This document shows positions 1-15,000 of a DNA stretch of 64,000 nucleotides, one piece after another (the first letter of the stretch is position 1; each line of letters begins with the position of its first letter). The stretch is from Amoebophrya sp. A120 (lineage: Eukaryota > Protista > Dinoflagellata). The notes below the pieces were generated by a model. That model was not told where the DNA came from, did no database searches, and saw only the letters and a list, made by a program, of their open reading frames with translations. Location of the stretch: contig CAJINV010000010.1 in the NCBI GenBank assembly GCA_905178155.1, positions 62,001 to 126,000 on the forward strand, in the 5' to 3' direction. The translations under genes and the position numbers were made by a program.

Positions 1-3000
1 ATTGGTGTTCGACGTGGATGTTGCAAAAGAACTTGCGGAAGAGGAGGAGTTGGAGGGTGCTGCTGCAACCGCTGGTACAACTCCTGGTAGTGGGGAATAA
101 GGCAGAGCTTTTTTCGTCCAGGTGTCAGAACCGGCTTGCAGGAATGATAAAGCTGTAGATCCTCCGCTGCTGATATTCGCCGGGCCGGTTTTGTTACTCC
201 TTGAATTTCCTGTCCCCGTTTCGGAAGGTTTCGGCTCCCGGACCGGCGGGTTGCGGTCCAAGACCCGTTCCACATCCAGCCGATACTGCTCCATCTCCGC
301 TTCCCGTTCCGCTTGGGTCTTGTAATTCAGGTAGTTGAAGGCTGCCCGGGCATCCGGCTGAACATAGTCGGTCTCGACATGATTCGTCATGCTCTGCTTT
401 GATCCACCGACAGCTTCACTGTTCCTGATTTCCATCCACCGGGTTATCCCACGAAAAAAGTGTTACAACAGTTACTACACACTTGTAGTCAATTCAGCAA
501 CACAAATTTCTCTGCATGAGAGAGAAAACTTGTAATGCAGAAATCCTACGGGAAAACACCTATGAAACGAGGCTCATATGCATATCCGGCATGTCAGAGC
601 TTGGGTGTCTTGCTTGGCCTGCAACACAATGTGTAAGAACTGTAACACTTTTTTCCTGTGATACGAGTTGCTGCGGAATTACTAGGCGGCGACTTGCTGC
701 CGGAGGTTGCGCGGGGGCGAGAAGAGGAGGAGGAAGAGGATGCTCGTCCTGCATTGTTGTTCATCAACATTCCACCAGCTCCAGACGAGGCACTACTGTA
801 TTGGCCGGGCCGGTAGTTAAAAGCATTTCTGGTGCCCGAGGAACTTGAAGCGATTTCAGCAGGGACAGCAACCGCGTCCACAGTGTCAAACAGGGACGCT
901 TTGGTCAGCAGGGAAGTCACATCCTTCTCCCACTCTTTGCTGTTGGACCGGATGGACTTGTACGCCAGCCCAGTGTAACTCCCCCCATCCCCCTCGGAAA
1001 TCCCGTAGGTAGAGAGGAACACGTTGTTCGCGTGGCCACTCAGATCCGCCTGATTCGTATTTGTGGTTGTTGTTCCAACACTTGCATTTGTGATGGATTT
1101 CTTGCTGTTGGTCAGCGGGATGAACCGTTTCTCGATCGGCTGGTGGTTTATCGACCGCGGACTGGCGATTTTCAATCTGTCCCCCGGGTTGATTTTCGTT
1201 CTAGGGGACAAAGGCGAGCTCTGCCCGGGCCCGGACGCGGAGAAGCTGTAACTGCCATAGGGGAGGATCTGCGACGCCTCGCCGCCAAGTGGCGTTGGGT
1301 TATATTGGAACGCATTGCTATTTGTAGTGGTTCCGGTGAACGAGGTATCCCATGTAAAAACATCCCCAGCTGCCCAGAGTTGTCATGCGGATTTGCAAGC
1401 ACGAGAGCATTTGCAATGCGAATCCCCATGAGAGGCATGATTTCCCATTGTGTTTTAGAACTTGTAATGCTGTAAACAGGATGAGGAGACGGATTTGTCA
1501 TGCGGCTTCCCTTGCTATGCTGCACTTCAGTACAGCCTGCAACTTGTCATGCGTGACTCCCAAAACTTCAAGGTTTGTGTTTCAGAATCCCCATCTTGTC
1601 TCTGGGGTGGGGATGTTTTTACTTAGGATACGGGGCACCGCTGATGGAACTGTTCCCAAGCAACTTTCGATTTGTGCCGTACAAATCTCCGAGTAGGTCC
1701 GGATGGCGAAACTTCTCAACCAGCTGCGAGAGCCAGGTGAGGATGTTTGTCGCGGTTGACAAGGACGTCTGTGGCGCCGCACCGGAGACCCCCGCAGCAA
1801 GCCTTAACCGGTGCGACAACTCGTCCGCGACGTAACCCAAGTAGGTTCTCTATCCATAGGAAATAATTTCCTGTGCACGTCGTACAAATACAAATTATGC
1901 GGCTTCTGCATGACAAAACCTACCTTCCATCCTATATTAGCATGACAAGTGGCATGTTCTAAATGATAGCAAAGTTTGTGATGCATTTTGTCCGTGTACG
2001 GGAATAAATTTACTGTGGATATTCTCAATTCCCGGAGGTAGGCCCTGTCCCGATTGTAGGACTCTAGTGCGGAATTGCTGATGTTGGTTGTGATCGTCGA
2101 ACCAGTGGCGCCGAAAACACTTGCTCCACCAGATCTACTATGCAAGGCGAAAGTATCGTCCGTATAAATTGCAGTACAGCATGAGAGGTCTGGTTCCTTT
2201 CTATTGCTAATTCAGAATCTACTATACAAATTCCATTTTTCCGGTTGAAAACATAAAAGTTTGCAATGCCATTTCTACTACTACGATACTTTTGCAATGC
2301 ATATCTCCCATGATACGACCCGGAAGCGCCACTCGCACCTGGCGGTTGTGGCATGAAGACGATCTCCACATCCCGCTCCATCGGGCCGGTTTGCACCACG
2401 GAATCCCGCACCTCCTCCACGAGCCTGACGTCCCCCACCAGCTCCGTTTGGCACGCCTCTGCGAACTGGGTGTTCTTCATGAAAGCGTGGAGCCCGATTC
2501 TCATCAGCAAATTATCCCGCTTCGCGTTTTATGAACTGCAAAAGCAGCGTACTAGTATAAATAGCATCACAAAAACAAATTCCGTCAGAATTAGAAATGG
2601 GATTTGTAATGCTGTTTGACCTTAGGAAGAAGATTTGTCACGCATGTTTGCAATTAGAAGTACGAGCACGATGCTTGTTTTGCAGTTCATACGTTCGTGT
2701 GGGCGTTTTTCACCTCCCCCTTGAAGACCCGGTGTGCCTGCATGTTGGTGATCAATCTCTTCAACATATCACAGGAAAAAGCGTATAACGTTAACGGAAT
2801 TTCTGATGCAGTAATGCATCACAAAACGTGCCCAAATTTGTCATGCATAGCATGCATGCTAAGCAAGATTTGTGATGCATATTTGCAATCTGTGAAAACC
2901 GTTAACGTTAACACTTTTTTGTTTGATACAACAGCGCTAGTGTGACGTCGAACCCTATCAAAAGCAAAAATTCCTCCTCGTCCCCATTTCGAGAACGAAA

Positions 3001-6000
3001 TTTGTCATGCACAAGCTGTATTTGAGTATACAAGTCGACTTGTATTGCCAGAAGGCCAAGAGCCGCAGGCGTGGCCTTGTTTGCAGGCGGTTTCTCATGC
3101 TGTCTCCCGCTTCCAGCTGCCTCCTGTCATGCTGAAGATGCAAGGCCTTCCCACGCCATCAAGCACTACAGTCCTCGCCTTTATTTCCTTTCTAGCATGA
3201 CAAGGCTGATTTGTGACCACAAATCTGCATCACAGATTTCCGTTTTGATGTGGGGAGGGAGGATTTTTCTTCTTGATAAACCCACCACAGGCGGACGGAT
3301 GAGAATCGAACAGGTATTGCAAGCCCTCCAGCTCGTGCAGGTCGAGTAAGTACTCAAATCTCGTGTCGTGTTGGATGTCGAGGTATGGATTGCAAAAATG
3401 TCTCGGTCTGGAAACCTGTGATGCTGAATTGAGCATGGTTGAAGCGCTTGCAATGGCAGCCAAGCATGACAAGTTTTCATACGCCTGCTGATGCCTGGCA
3501 CGCATCACAAATTGCGTTTTTGCATGACAAAGGAAGCCCCTCTTTTGCTACTCATGCAACAGAGATTTTCCAGGAGTCCAAGACACGCATCACAAGTTCC
3601 ACTGTTCCAGACCCAGCCATATTTACATTTGATACTAGGTCGGGAACGCCGAGCCGTTTTTCGACGTTCAGTTTGAAGGACTTCTGGTACTGATTTTCGA
3701 AGAATCGTTTTATCAGCATACCGCGACGTTGCGAGGGCGACATGTCTCTGGTGTGTGCAGCGTCTTCGTTATCGTGAGGAAAAATCCCCCCTCCCCATAC
3801 CAAAAAGGAATACTTCTGAAGATTTGTGATGCTGATCTGTGGCCACAAATCGCCTCTGTGTTGCATCAAGAAGGCCAACTCAGTGACTCCGCTGCGTTAT
3901 GCAGGCGGTTTGTGATGCTATGGCGCCTACAGAGTACACATTTGCCATGCTACGCCAAAACCCTTCTAGCTAGGGTTAGTATGGACTTGCATTCCTCTGC
4001 TGCAAGAAAGAGCTGATTTGTGTACGCAAATCCAGCATCAGAAATTTCCTTCTGATATGGGGAGTGGGGGGTTTTCCTTTTGATATTCGTCGGAATCGGT
4101 ATCCGTCGCGAGTTTGACCCGTCGGGTTTGTGTCCTCCCACGCGAAGTAGCGTCTTGGTCACCATAATTTCTACTCCGGCTCCTGCTACTGGACGATCCG
4201 CCAACCTGGTAGTTGAAATCGAGTGGCGATCTTATCCTTCCGACCTGACCCGGGACTGGTAAATGTGAGCTGTTCACGAAGGATGACGCTGTTGCTCCTG
4301 CCCTCAGGTCGTTCATTTCGGGCGAAGGAACAACATGTATCCGATAGGCGGGTGGCTCGCGGGAGGAGGATCTGCGTAAATGTCCGGTGGCGATGATGGC
4401 CTGTTGCTGTTTCAGAGATGAACTGTTTGATGCTCCTATCCCACGAAAAACGTGATACAGTTACACATTTGTTGGAGTTTCTGCATCACAAAGTTGCTCG
4501 TCGACATGCCAAAGCAAACCTGCGATGCGCAGACTATAAGGGAAAACACGAATGAAATGAGGCCGCCAAGCATTTCCTGCATGACAAAGGTTGCCTGTCT
4601 TGCTTGTTTCGCAACACAATGTGTAACTGTCACACTTTTTTCTTCGCATAGCTCCTGGGTTATAATTATTTCTTGCGTTTGGCGGACTGAAGTCCCCCTC
4701 GTCCCTATGAGAGTGTCAGAATCGAAATCGTCGAAGTTGAAATAATCTGTAATGCAAAAAAACGATACCAGCTGGAGCCCAGTTTGCAAGTGGCGCATGA
4801 CAAATTTTGGCAGCATGGAAATCCAATTTGTCGTGCTGTTTGAGCAGAGAAGACTGCTTTTGTCATGCTATTTTAGCAGCTCTATCTCACACCCCGAGCA
4901 GGCTAATAATCGGTATCGGCCTCGGTTGCCTGCTCTGCAAGACAGGCACTTTGCGTCTAGCATTTTATGCATCACAAACTATTTCAACTTTGACGATTTC
5001 AGTCCTGACGCTTCCATAGTCCCACATGTCTGCGTAATATTTCCCGGGTTCGTCGTGTTCTTTTATTCTCACCTTCCTCTTGAACTTCATATGGTCACGG
5101 TAGCTATCAAATGCAAATATGTCTGGGTTTGGAATAAACTTGTGATGCTAAAGTGTAACTGGTGGGCGGACTGCAATACGCAGCCAAGCATGACAAATTT
5201 TTGAACTGCTACGGTGTTTCGTTTTCCGCATGGCAAACGGTGTTTTGCATGACAGGCAAGAGGCTCTTTTCCTGCTCATGCATTACAGATTGATTTGAGT
5301 CATACCAGACAAGCATGACAAACTTGCACTCTTCCACACCCAGACTACACATTTGCAGTTCATAGTAGCTTCGGGGGGACAGAGACCTTGGTCCGGTACC
5401 TCGCATGTACTCAGGTTCGTAGCCCTCGCGCAGGTAGTATGCAATACAAATCTTACATCAATCGAGTACAGTACTACGCACCACGAATTTTCGCATCACA
5501 AATTTCGTCAAGCTGTCATGCTGAGCCTCGTCGTTGGGAAAAAGTTAAGGCATGTAATCATGCTGCGATGCCAGTATGTTGTGAGCGTGTTTTTGTGAGC
5601 AAGATGTTGATGTTTTTACTGCGGATAAGTAGTGATACTCGTTGAAATACTGGGATCGGACGACAGACGCATCAAGACCACGCGACTGAATTTGCCGGCC
5701 AATGCTGCAGTGAAGAAAATTTTCTTTATTCAGTAAGTATTAAATTTTCTACATTTATTTTTGCATTGCGCGAATAAATCTATGCAAAATAATAAACATG
5801 CAGATCTCAGTTTGTCGTCATGTGATGCTTCTTCTTGTAGAAAAGCACCACGACCTACTAGAAGTACTCACTCGTTATACCGATTCCTCTCCCGCAAGTC
5901 CCTTGCTTCAAGCAGAACGCGGTCCACATTTCCGGTGACCAAACCCCCGCGTCGGTTCCCAATGGTATTCTATGGGGTTCTCAAACGTTACACTCTCAAC

Positions 6001-9000
6001 TGTTACATGATTTGTCATGCAAAATGACCATGACCCGCCAGACGATCAAGCTGCTTCGCATGACAAATTCTCGGAGGGCTAAATAGCACTGTAGTCCGCA
6101 CCAAACCTGTAATGCAAGACGCGCAAGATTCTCCCTCTTACCTGTGCTAGTCTTGCATTACGAATTCATGGAACAGTTGAGAATGTAACGTTTGAGAACG
6201 CCATATATTCACTTCGCAGCTTCTGGTGTAGTGAAAGTACCACGCGCGCTACATATGAAATGCAAAAGCATCGTACTAGTATAGATTGCAATACAAATTG
6301 GCTCAGCATTACAAGTTGAATTTGTAATGCGGATTTGCCTTAGGAACTAGATTTGTAATGCATAAATGCAATTAGTACGACTACGATACTTTATTTGCAG
6401 AGGATACCACACGACCAACAGCAAGTACCGGTTTTGCACACCGGAGTTCTTCCGGACCAAGCACGACAGGCTGAATTTGTAGTCGTGTTTCCGGTTTTCT
6501 AGCAGCCGGTTTCCCTTCATATCGAAGACAGAACTGGCCCAGAGTTCCAAGTGTCTGCGCAAGCAGAACCGTTCGTTGCGGTGGTACACGTATCTCTCCA
6601 GTGCGTGATTCCGCCGCTCCTTGCGCAGAAACGTCAGCCAGGACGCGAACGCCTTATGCATTTTTGCAAATATCCACCCTGGATGATGTCTGGACTTTTT
6701 GTGATGCGAGAGTTGAAAGACAAGAGGATCTGTGATGCGGGAATACGAAGATGCAGGCCAACACCAGCTTTTTTCTCATGCTGGAAGCCAGCTCTTTGCG
6801 ATGCGTAGTTTTATGAATGAATCCGCTACCAGCCCGGAAACTTCTGATGCTGCTGTTCTGCCGCACAAGCGGCCACGACACTGCAATCCGAGTACTATCA
6901 GTATGACTCCAGACAACCCAGATCGATATTTGCAATGCATACGCGTCCGTCTTCATCAATTTCTCGTCTTGCGCCCCCATCGCGAAGAACATCTTTCGTA
7001 TTCTGCCCTGCCGTTCTTGCAGCAGAAGCATGTTCTTCTCGGCTAACTGTGCTTCGTGCCTACCTAACTGGACTTCCTCCAGTATCCTGTGCGAAAGTAT
7101 AATCGTGCTAGTAGTAATGATCGCAGTCATGCATGATTACAAATCTCCATCCCAAGGTAAAACAGCGTGACAAATTGTATTTCTCATGCTCCTGAGCAAA
7201 CTTGTAATGCGATTTACACTACTAGTACGATACTTTTGAAATGCATATCCAGCCATCCGCGCCAGCACTTGTTGAGCATTCCGATTCGGGTGATCATGAA
7301 GCCGTAGAAACCGAGTTTCTCCTGTATGGCGTGCTCAAGTGTTACAATCTCAAACGTTACAATAGAATATGGAAATCTGTATTGCAAGAAGTGCATAGTC
7401 TACGCTAATCCCACAGGATTGCGCATGACAAGTTCTGGAGTCCCAATCCGCGCTAGAATCTGGCGAAATTTGTATTGCAGAAAGTGGAACACTGTGCGAG
7501 TCTGTCATGCTGACCAGGTAAGGCAAAATCCAGATTCTATTGTAACGTTTGAGATTGTAACGTTTGAGCAGGTCATATCCTGTTGACTGGTTTTGAACTT
7601 CATGAACTCCTCGCATTTTTTCTGGAACTCGTACGTTTTGCGATTCCTCTTCGCTTCGACGCCCCTCGTTCTCCACGCCATAAAAAAGGCGTCCATTGTG
7701 TCCTTCTTGTGCCTATGCACTGCAAAAGCATTGCACTCGTAGCACTTGCAGTTATGCATTACAAATCTTTTTACTAAGGTCAATCAGCACTACAAATTCC
7801 ATAATTTCTCATGCTGATAAAATTTGTAATGCAGTTCATACTAGTTGTACGATGCTTTTGCAATTCATAGTGCCTCCACGCTGACAAGTCCTCGCTCGCT
7901 TTCAGGCACTGGTCGTAGGTCTCCTGCAGCACCTCGCACTTGTTCCTATCCACGAAAAAACAACACCCATCCCGATCCATTTTTTGCATCACAAACACTG
8001 CATTTCTGCAACATCTGCAATTTATGCATGTTTTGCATGACAAATTGGATGGGAATGGGTGTAGTTTTGTCCTGGATAATTCAGCGCCAGCTCGTATTTC
8101 GTTTCCGCGAGTTTTAGTTTCATCTCCCCGGACTGCTGGGTTATCATCTTCAACAGTGCGTCGCCGTTGCGATCGAGCAACTTCTGCACGATCGCCTCCC
8201 ACCTGATTGTCACCTTGAAAATCCCGTGCTCTGCGTTGAGCCGTTCGAACTCGGACATTTTTCCGGTTATTTCCCGCTCGTTCGATTCACCTGTGGCGTA
8301 GTCTCGCTCGGTATGGGCATTCGCAAGCGTTTTTACGTTGTCAGCTGCTACACGAATTATTTGTGATGCAAGACTAGCAAAAGTGAGTGGGGGTGATGTG
8401 ATGAGACTCTCGCATCATAAGTTTCTTGGCACAGATTTCCATGCTTTTTAGCCCTTCCTCGAGTTTCTGTGATACAAAGCACCACGACAGTGATGTGGCA
8501 GCATATCTGCGGTGACTCTACCTGACGAAAAATCTTCACGTTACAGTTGAGAACGTAACACCTTAGAATCCCAGCATACCAGGCGCGGATAGCTTTCATC
8601 AGTTGCTTCATCTGGGCTTTCTTCATCCAGGACTTGTACAGATGTTCGACCTGTGATTCATTAAATTCTAGATTTTTTTACGTTTTGGCTTTGATACGAG
8701 ATTGATGATGCAGAAGTAAGTACATGTTGCTGCTCTGTACAGCCGGCCCCTCACACTACACGACTGTCACTCCTGCATACTTAATTGTGCTTCTAGATGA
8801 ACAAGCTTCAACATCTCCATCAAAGGAATTAGTACCATCTTATCCTGCGTCTTTCCTTCCTCCGTCTGTTTTTTCCAGACCGCGAAACACCTGTTTGGCC
8901 CGACCATGAGCTGTATCAAATGCAAATATGTCTGGCCTGGAGAAATTTTTCCAGGTTTGCCATGCATATTTCCCAAGACCCATAAGGTCTGTGATACATG

Positions 9001-12000
9001 CTCTAGCATCACAGATTCTGGGAGGGCTTCCTGATGGTCATGCCGCATGAGAAATGCCCGCTCCGCGTAGCAAAAACTGGACCACTTCTTTTGCTGTTCA
9101 TGCAACACAGAAGATTTTGTGTAGAGTCCCAAGGCAGCATCACAAATTTGCAACCCTCCAGACCGGGATAATATTTGCAATTCATAAGCTGCATATCGGC
9201 GCACATTTTGTTCATCATCATCTGCATGCGGTCGCCGTGGAAAGCGTTCAGCTCTGCTCTCAGCTATGAAATGCAGAAGTATGATTGTACTCGCATAAAT
9301 GCATTACAAACTTTCTCAGTATGACATAATGCGGATTTACCTTGAGAAAAAAATTGTAATGCATGATTGCAATTATTGCGAGTTGTACGATACGTTTGCA
9401 GTTCATATCACCCTTGCACGGTCGATCTCCATCGACCACTCCTTGAAAATTTTGTACTTCTGTGCGAGGCCCCTGTGAAGAGATGTTGAATCATTTTTCG
9501 AATTTTCGGCAATAATTTTCATCACGCATGACGAACATGTTTCTCGTATTTCTTCACTACGGTCGTAAAGGAATTTTTATTTTACGCATGCTGATTTCTG
9601 CATCTACTTCGAGTGCACAGCTTTGCAAGATGAAAAACGTCAGCAAAAACAAGTCCACTAGAGTCAATACAAATTTATAAGTACTTTCTCTTTTTCAGAT
9701 GGCTGACCCCGTTCATGGTCAGATTCGCTGCGTCCTTGGCCGCTCGCAATTGCGCCGACCACACTTTCGTAAACCGCCACATGTGGATATGAGAGTGCAC
9801 AACTCCCCCTCCACCTCAGTTACATGGCATCAATTGCAATACAAACACCAGCACACTTGGAGCCCGAGCATGACAAGATCCTGAGCCTACTGTAGTACTG
9901 TTTCAGGTTCCGAATTTGTCATGCAGACCGTGCCACATCGCAGCGATAGGATTTCGGATTTTGCATGACAAATGAGGCTGAGGGGGAGGAGGAGCTGTGC
10001 ACTCTCATATTGGAAAGCGTGCTTTAGGGAGACCGTGTGGTCCCACTTCGCCTGAAAATACTCCTTGTGCTATCAAACAAAAAACTGTTAACGTTTTCAC
10101 AATAAATGGCAGTCCTGCAGCATTGCAAATTTTGCCTTCCATGCATGCTACGCAATACAAATGTGGGTACCTTTTCTGATGCGTTACTGCATCACAAATT
10201 CCGTTAATGTTAACCCTTTTTCTTGTGATATGTGCTCCACGAACCGCGCCCGCATCTTCGTCCGGGTTCGCCAATAGACTCCCCACATCTTGAAGCAGAC
10301 CGCGGCGGTCTTCTTTGTTTTTTCGTACAGAACCTTTCGACACGCTTTCTCGGTATCCAAGGAAAAAACTGTGTTAGTGTAGGTCTTTTGGGAAAACAGC
10401 ATGACAAGTTTGTCTGCCATGAGCTGCATGACAGGAAAAACTTGTGATGCGCAGATAGGACTGGCAAACAGAAACACGTAGGAACAAGCGATCCTATCAT
10501 GCAACAGGTGGAGCATGACAAGCGTAAACTGTTTTGCATTTTCTGCATCACAACATCACTTACACAGTTTCTCTTTTCGATACTCGGCTCGTCGGTTGTA
10601 CTCCGTGAAGCTGACCACGCAGAACTTCTGCCAGATAATGAAGAAGTCCTCTTTGCATTGGGATACGTGGCATCAAATGCAAAAGTGTCTGGGTCTGAAA
10701 GAATGCAACCTGTGATGCTGAATTTTTTTTTTTTTTGCTAGGCAATTCGCACGCCGGTCGGTTTTCGCATTCTTTTTTTTGTTTTTTTTTCTATTTTCAT
10801 TTTTTTTTTCCTTTCCTTTTTTCCTTTTCTTTTCTTTTTTTTGTTTTTCTTCATTCCGACACAGCTGGCGCACAAAAAGCGGTGGGCGATTCACGAAGAA
10901 GTGCGCGGGTATGCTCGGCGTTCCCGAGGCCTTAGGCCGTACCTTTTTGACAAAATCCGGGCTGCGTCCTGGCTCGCGTCCTGGCTCCTGCATTGCCTCC
11001 GCCCTTCTCTTCCCTCGCAAACAGGCCGCGCCCATCTTCCGCGCCGCACGCGTGCATGTGCGCGGCTACGCCAGTTCGTTTTGTGCTTATGCTTTAGACT
11101 AAGACAAAGAACTTCGAAAAACGGTATGGACTACTTACCTAATACTTTGGTGCTGCGTAGTACTGCTATCGGAATCAGACTCTACACCTTATGACTTCAT
11201 TGCAACAATGTCACTGGCCGCAGCCTTAATCTTACCCAGCCAGCCACTGCTGAAAAAAAAAAGGAAGCACATCCCTGCAGTTTTGGAAAAAGGCGCAACG
11301 AGTGGGGGGGGACCACAGGAGTCACCCCCCCGCAAGCTGCGCACGCGTTGAAGTATCTGCTGCTTATTTCTACATGAGGCATTTGCTTCGTCACGTAGTG
11401 CTTCCAAAAAACGAACTGCTTTTACGAACCTGTGATGCTGAATTTGGATTCCAAAAAAATCTGTATTGCATGAGCAGCAAAGGGAGCGCAATGTTTGCTA
11501 CGCGGGGAGGGCATTTGTCATGCGGAATAGGCATCGAGAAGCCCTCAGAAAATCTGTGATGCTAGGGCATGCATCACAGACATCGCGGCTCATGCAAAAT
11601 GTGCATGACAAGTCTCAGAATCTTCCAGACCCAGACATTTTTGCATTTGATACGTGGGACTTTATCCTCTTCCGGATTTTCTTTTCGTTTATCACGATTT
11701 TTTTCCAGTACTTGAGGACGTTCGTATGCATCGCAAATATACCGGAGTTTCGATGAAAAATCCAAATGTCTGCCATGCGGTTTCTGCGCGAAGACCCAGA
11801 AGGTTTGCCATAATGCGAGCCCTAGCATCACAAATTTTTAGAAGCTTAGGTTTTGAATCCGCAATGCTCTGCATGACAGATAATTCCCTTTTACAAGAAG
11901 TGGGCAGCTTCTACTTTTGCTGTCCATGCGTGAGAGGTTTTATTTTTAGTATGATGTGATAGAGGCCGCGCATCAAACATTTGCGTAGTTCCAGACCCAG

Positions 12001-15000
12001 ACATATTAATTTGCGATGCACAGTTCGTCTTAATCTTCAGCTTTACCTCGTCCGTTTGCTTCGAGGATGCGCCGCCGATGTAGGACATGAGTCGCATCGC
12101 AGTTTGCTGCTGGTACTCTAGGTGGGTTCGCTGCAGCTCGGCGTGCTCTCGGGTTTCCCGGACGCAGTTTGACCAGTATGCATTGCAAAAGCATCATGGT
12201 ATCTTCGCATCACAATTTTTTTCTGCACGAGTAAAATGAAATTTCTTATGCAGAAGTAGAAATAGGTTTAGGTAATGGTAAAGGAAGCACATAATAACAG
12301 AGATTTTTGCGATTACTGTGAGTGCGAAGAAACTCCTGCTTTTGCGAAAATGCGTAGCCAGGCATTCATCACGATGATGAGTCGTCTCTTCTTCTGCTCG
12401 CGCCGACACACAGATTGGATCGCGCGGTTCCGCAGTCCTAGCTTTTCCCAGATCGATTTCCACCCCAGGTAAAACCTTTGTTTTACCGCTCTCCCCTCCC
12501 ATTTCTGCAGCGCATTTTCCTTGGCCTTTTCCCCCTGGGCGTGGCTATCACAAGAAAAAGTGTTAACGTTAACCGAATTTGTGATGCAGTGATGCATCAG
12601 AAAAGGTGCGCAAATTTGTATTGCAGAGCACGCATGGAAAGTAAAATTTGTATACGCATGACTGCCATCTGTGAAAACCGTTAACGTTAGCACTTTTTTG
12701 TTTGGTACTGCCCTTGGGCAAGCAAGGCCTCCTGCCGGAGCCTGATAGAAGAACAAAGGGGAGAGCGATCGTTTTTCTTTCTGAGAAGTAGATTTTGCAT
12801 CAATAATTGTTATGCGGTAGCGGTTGCTGATGCTGTACTAGTGGGAAATAAGCTATGAATTTACAGAGAGGTCGACAGAGGTGGAGAGGTGGCGCGGGAG
12901 GTCATTCGAGGGGGTGGCCGAGAGGTGGCGCGGGTATAGCCAGCCGAACCGTTCACCCTAAAGCCGCGCCTATGGGGGACGGAGGTGGCCGAGAGGTTCG
13001 GGAGAGGGTAAGCGAGAGGGGGACAGAGGTGCCGAGAGGTTGCGCGAACAAGGGCGAACCTCTCGCGCACCCTCTGGGCCACCTCTCGGCCACCTCTGTA
13101 GACCTCTACCGGCGAGTATAGCCGGATTATTAGCAACACCTCTCGGGAGAGGTCAAAAAGAGGGTCTGCGAGAGGGGTAGAAAAACCCGAATCCACCCGG
13201 CACGAGGCTGATTCTTTTGTGGCCAGGCCTTTTCATGCATAGGCTGGCCCGAACCCTCTCGCGCACCCTCTCGCGCCACCCTCTCGCGCACCCTCTCGCG
13301 TCACCCTCCCGCGCAACCCTCTCGCGCCACCCTCCCGCGCCGGGCGGCTTCTGTTCGCCCCCGGTGTCCTTTGCAGCTGCTCCCTGCGCAGAGCGCCCAC
13401 AGGCGCGGGAAGCGCGCAAGTGGTCGCGCGGGTTGGCGCCGCGCAAACAGGCGGCAGGACTCCAGTATGCTTCATTATGCATATTAGGCCTGTGGCATTG
13501 TGGCCCGATCCGCAAATAGTCCTGCCCCGCCCCAACAGCCTTGCGCCCCGGCATCAGCCGGGGCATGGCTGGTAATTGTCCTGCGGTTGCTGATGCTGTA
13601 CTAGTGGGAAATAAGCTATGCACTTACTTTACTACAACTTCACCTTATGTTGCAGCTTCTCGTCATGATAACTGGTCGGTCATCGGAACAAGATAAAGCT
13701 GCAGATCCGGTTATGTAGTGGGAGTAGGTCGTTAGGTCGTCGTCGTCGTGTCTATCTCTAGCTTCGATCCTCTGATTATACTTCTACACAATCTACCTCT
13801 ACCAACTACGCAGTTGCCGAGAGCGACGACGTCGAGCTCGAGTCGTGTGAACAATAAAACAGTTGTATAAGAAGAAGTACTACCTTAAAGCTTCTCTTTC
13901 TTCTTCTTGCATGACCTTTATCCCGTTCCCCCAGGCGTCAAACAGTTCGCGTTTCTGGTCGCGATCGGCATTATCAACTGCAAAAGTGTCTGGGTCTGGA
14001 AGAGTGCCAGACTTGTCATGCAGGTTTTGCATGACCCATGAGGTCTGGTCTGGTATGTAAGACATAGCATGACAGATTCTGTAAGAGTTCTATCATGCCT
14101 ATCCTGCATGAGAAACTGCCTCTCGATTACGTCAAAAGTGGACAGCTTTTGGTAATCATGCAACACAGATTGTTTCTTTACCTAATTCAGATTTAGCATG
14201 TGCATGACAAGTTGCGTTGTTCCAGACCCAGACACTTTTGCATTTGATACGCATCCTTTTTGAACCTTTTCACTAGCTTATGAGACTGCACAACTACTCC
14301 CCCTCCCCCTCACTTGTCATGCAGAATACCAAAACCAAGCGCTCCTGCTGTGGGGTACTGTTTGCATGACAGATTTCGGAAGCCCAAACAGTACTACACT
14401 AGGCGCGCGGTGAATTTGCCATGCACAGGCTCCGCGTGCGGTGGTGTTTGTATTGCTGTTCATGCAATACAAATGAGAGGGAGGGGGAGCTGTGCACATT
14501 CATACAGCTTGTTATTCCATTCCTCCATCCTCGCTTCCCTCCGCAGAGCGTCCAGCCCGTCCCCCCAGGCCTTCACGATCCACGTCTTGATGTGTTGTCG
14601 TTTCTGCTTAATCCGTATCCACAGTAAATTTCCCGTACACGTACAAATGCGGTCTCCGCATGACAAAACTTGGCTTCGATCCTAGTTTAGCATGACAAGT
14701 TTTAGGCTCCAAATTGGTGAAATTTGTGATGCATCTTGTACATGTACGGGAAATTTGTATTGCATAATTCGCAAGTTCCAGCGGTCCCACGCGTGCGCCT
14801 CCTTTTCTTTGCGCTGCTTCAACTCCTTGAACCAGCACTGAAATGTCCAGGAAAGCAGCTGCTCTTCCGCCTCCGCGCCCTTCGCTTGCGACCGCATTGC
14901 GAGGTTGGCCATGGACCGCTGTATCGATTCCAATTTCGCCTTATCCGCCTGCAGTTTCTGTTCCATCATCATCTCATTGTTCTTCGTTATTATCAACTCC

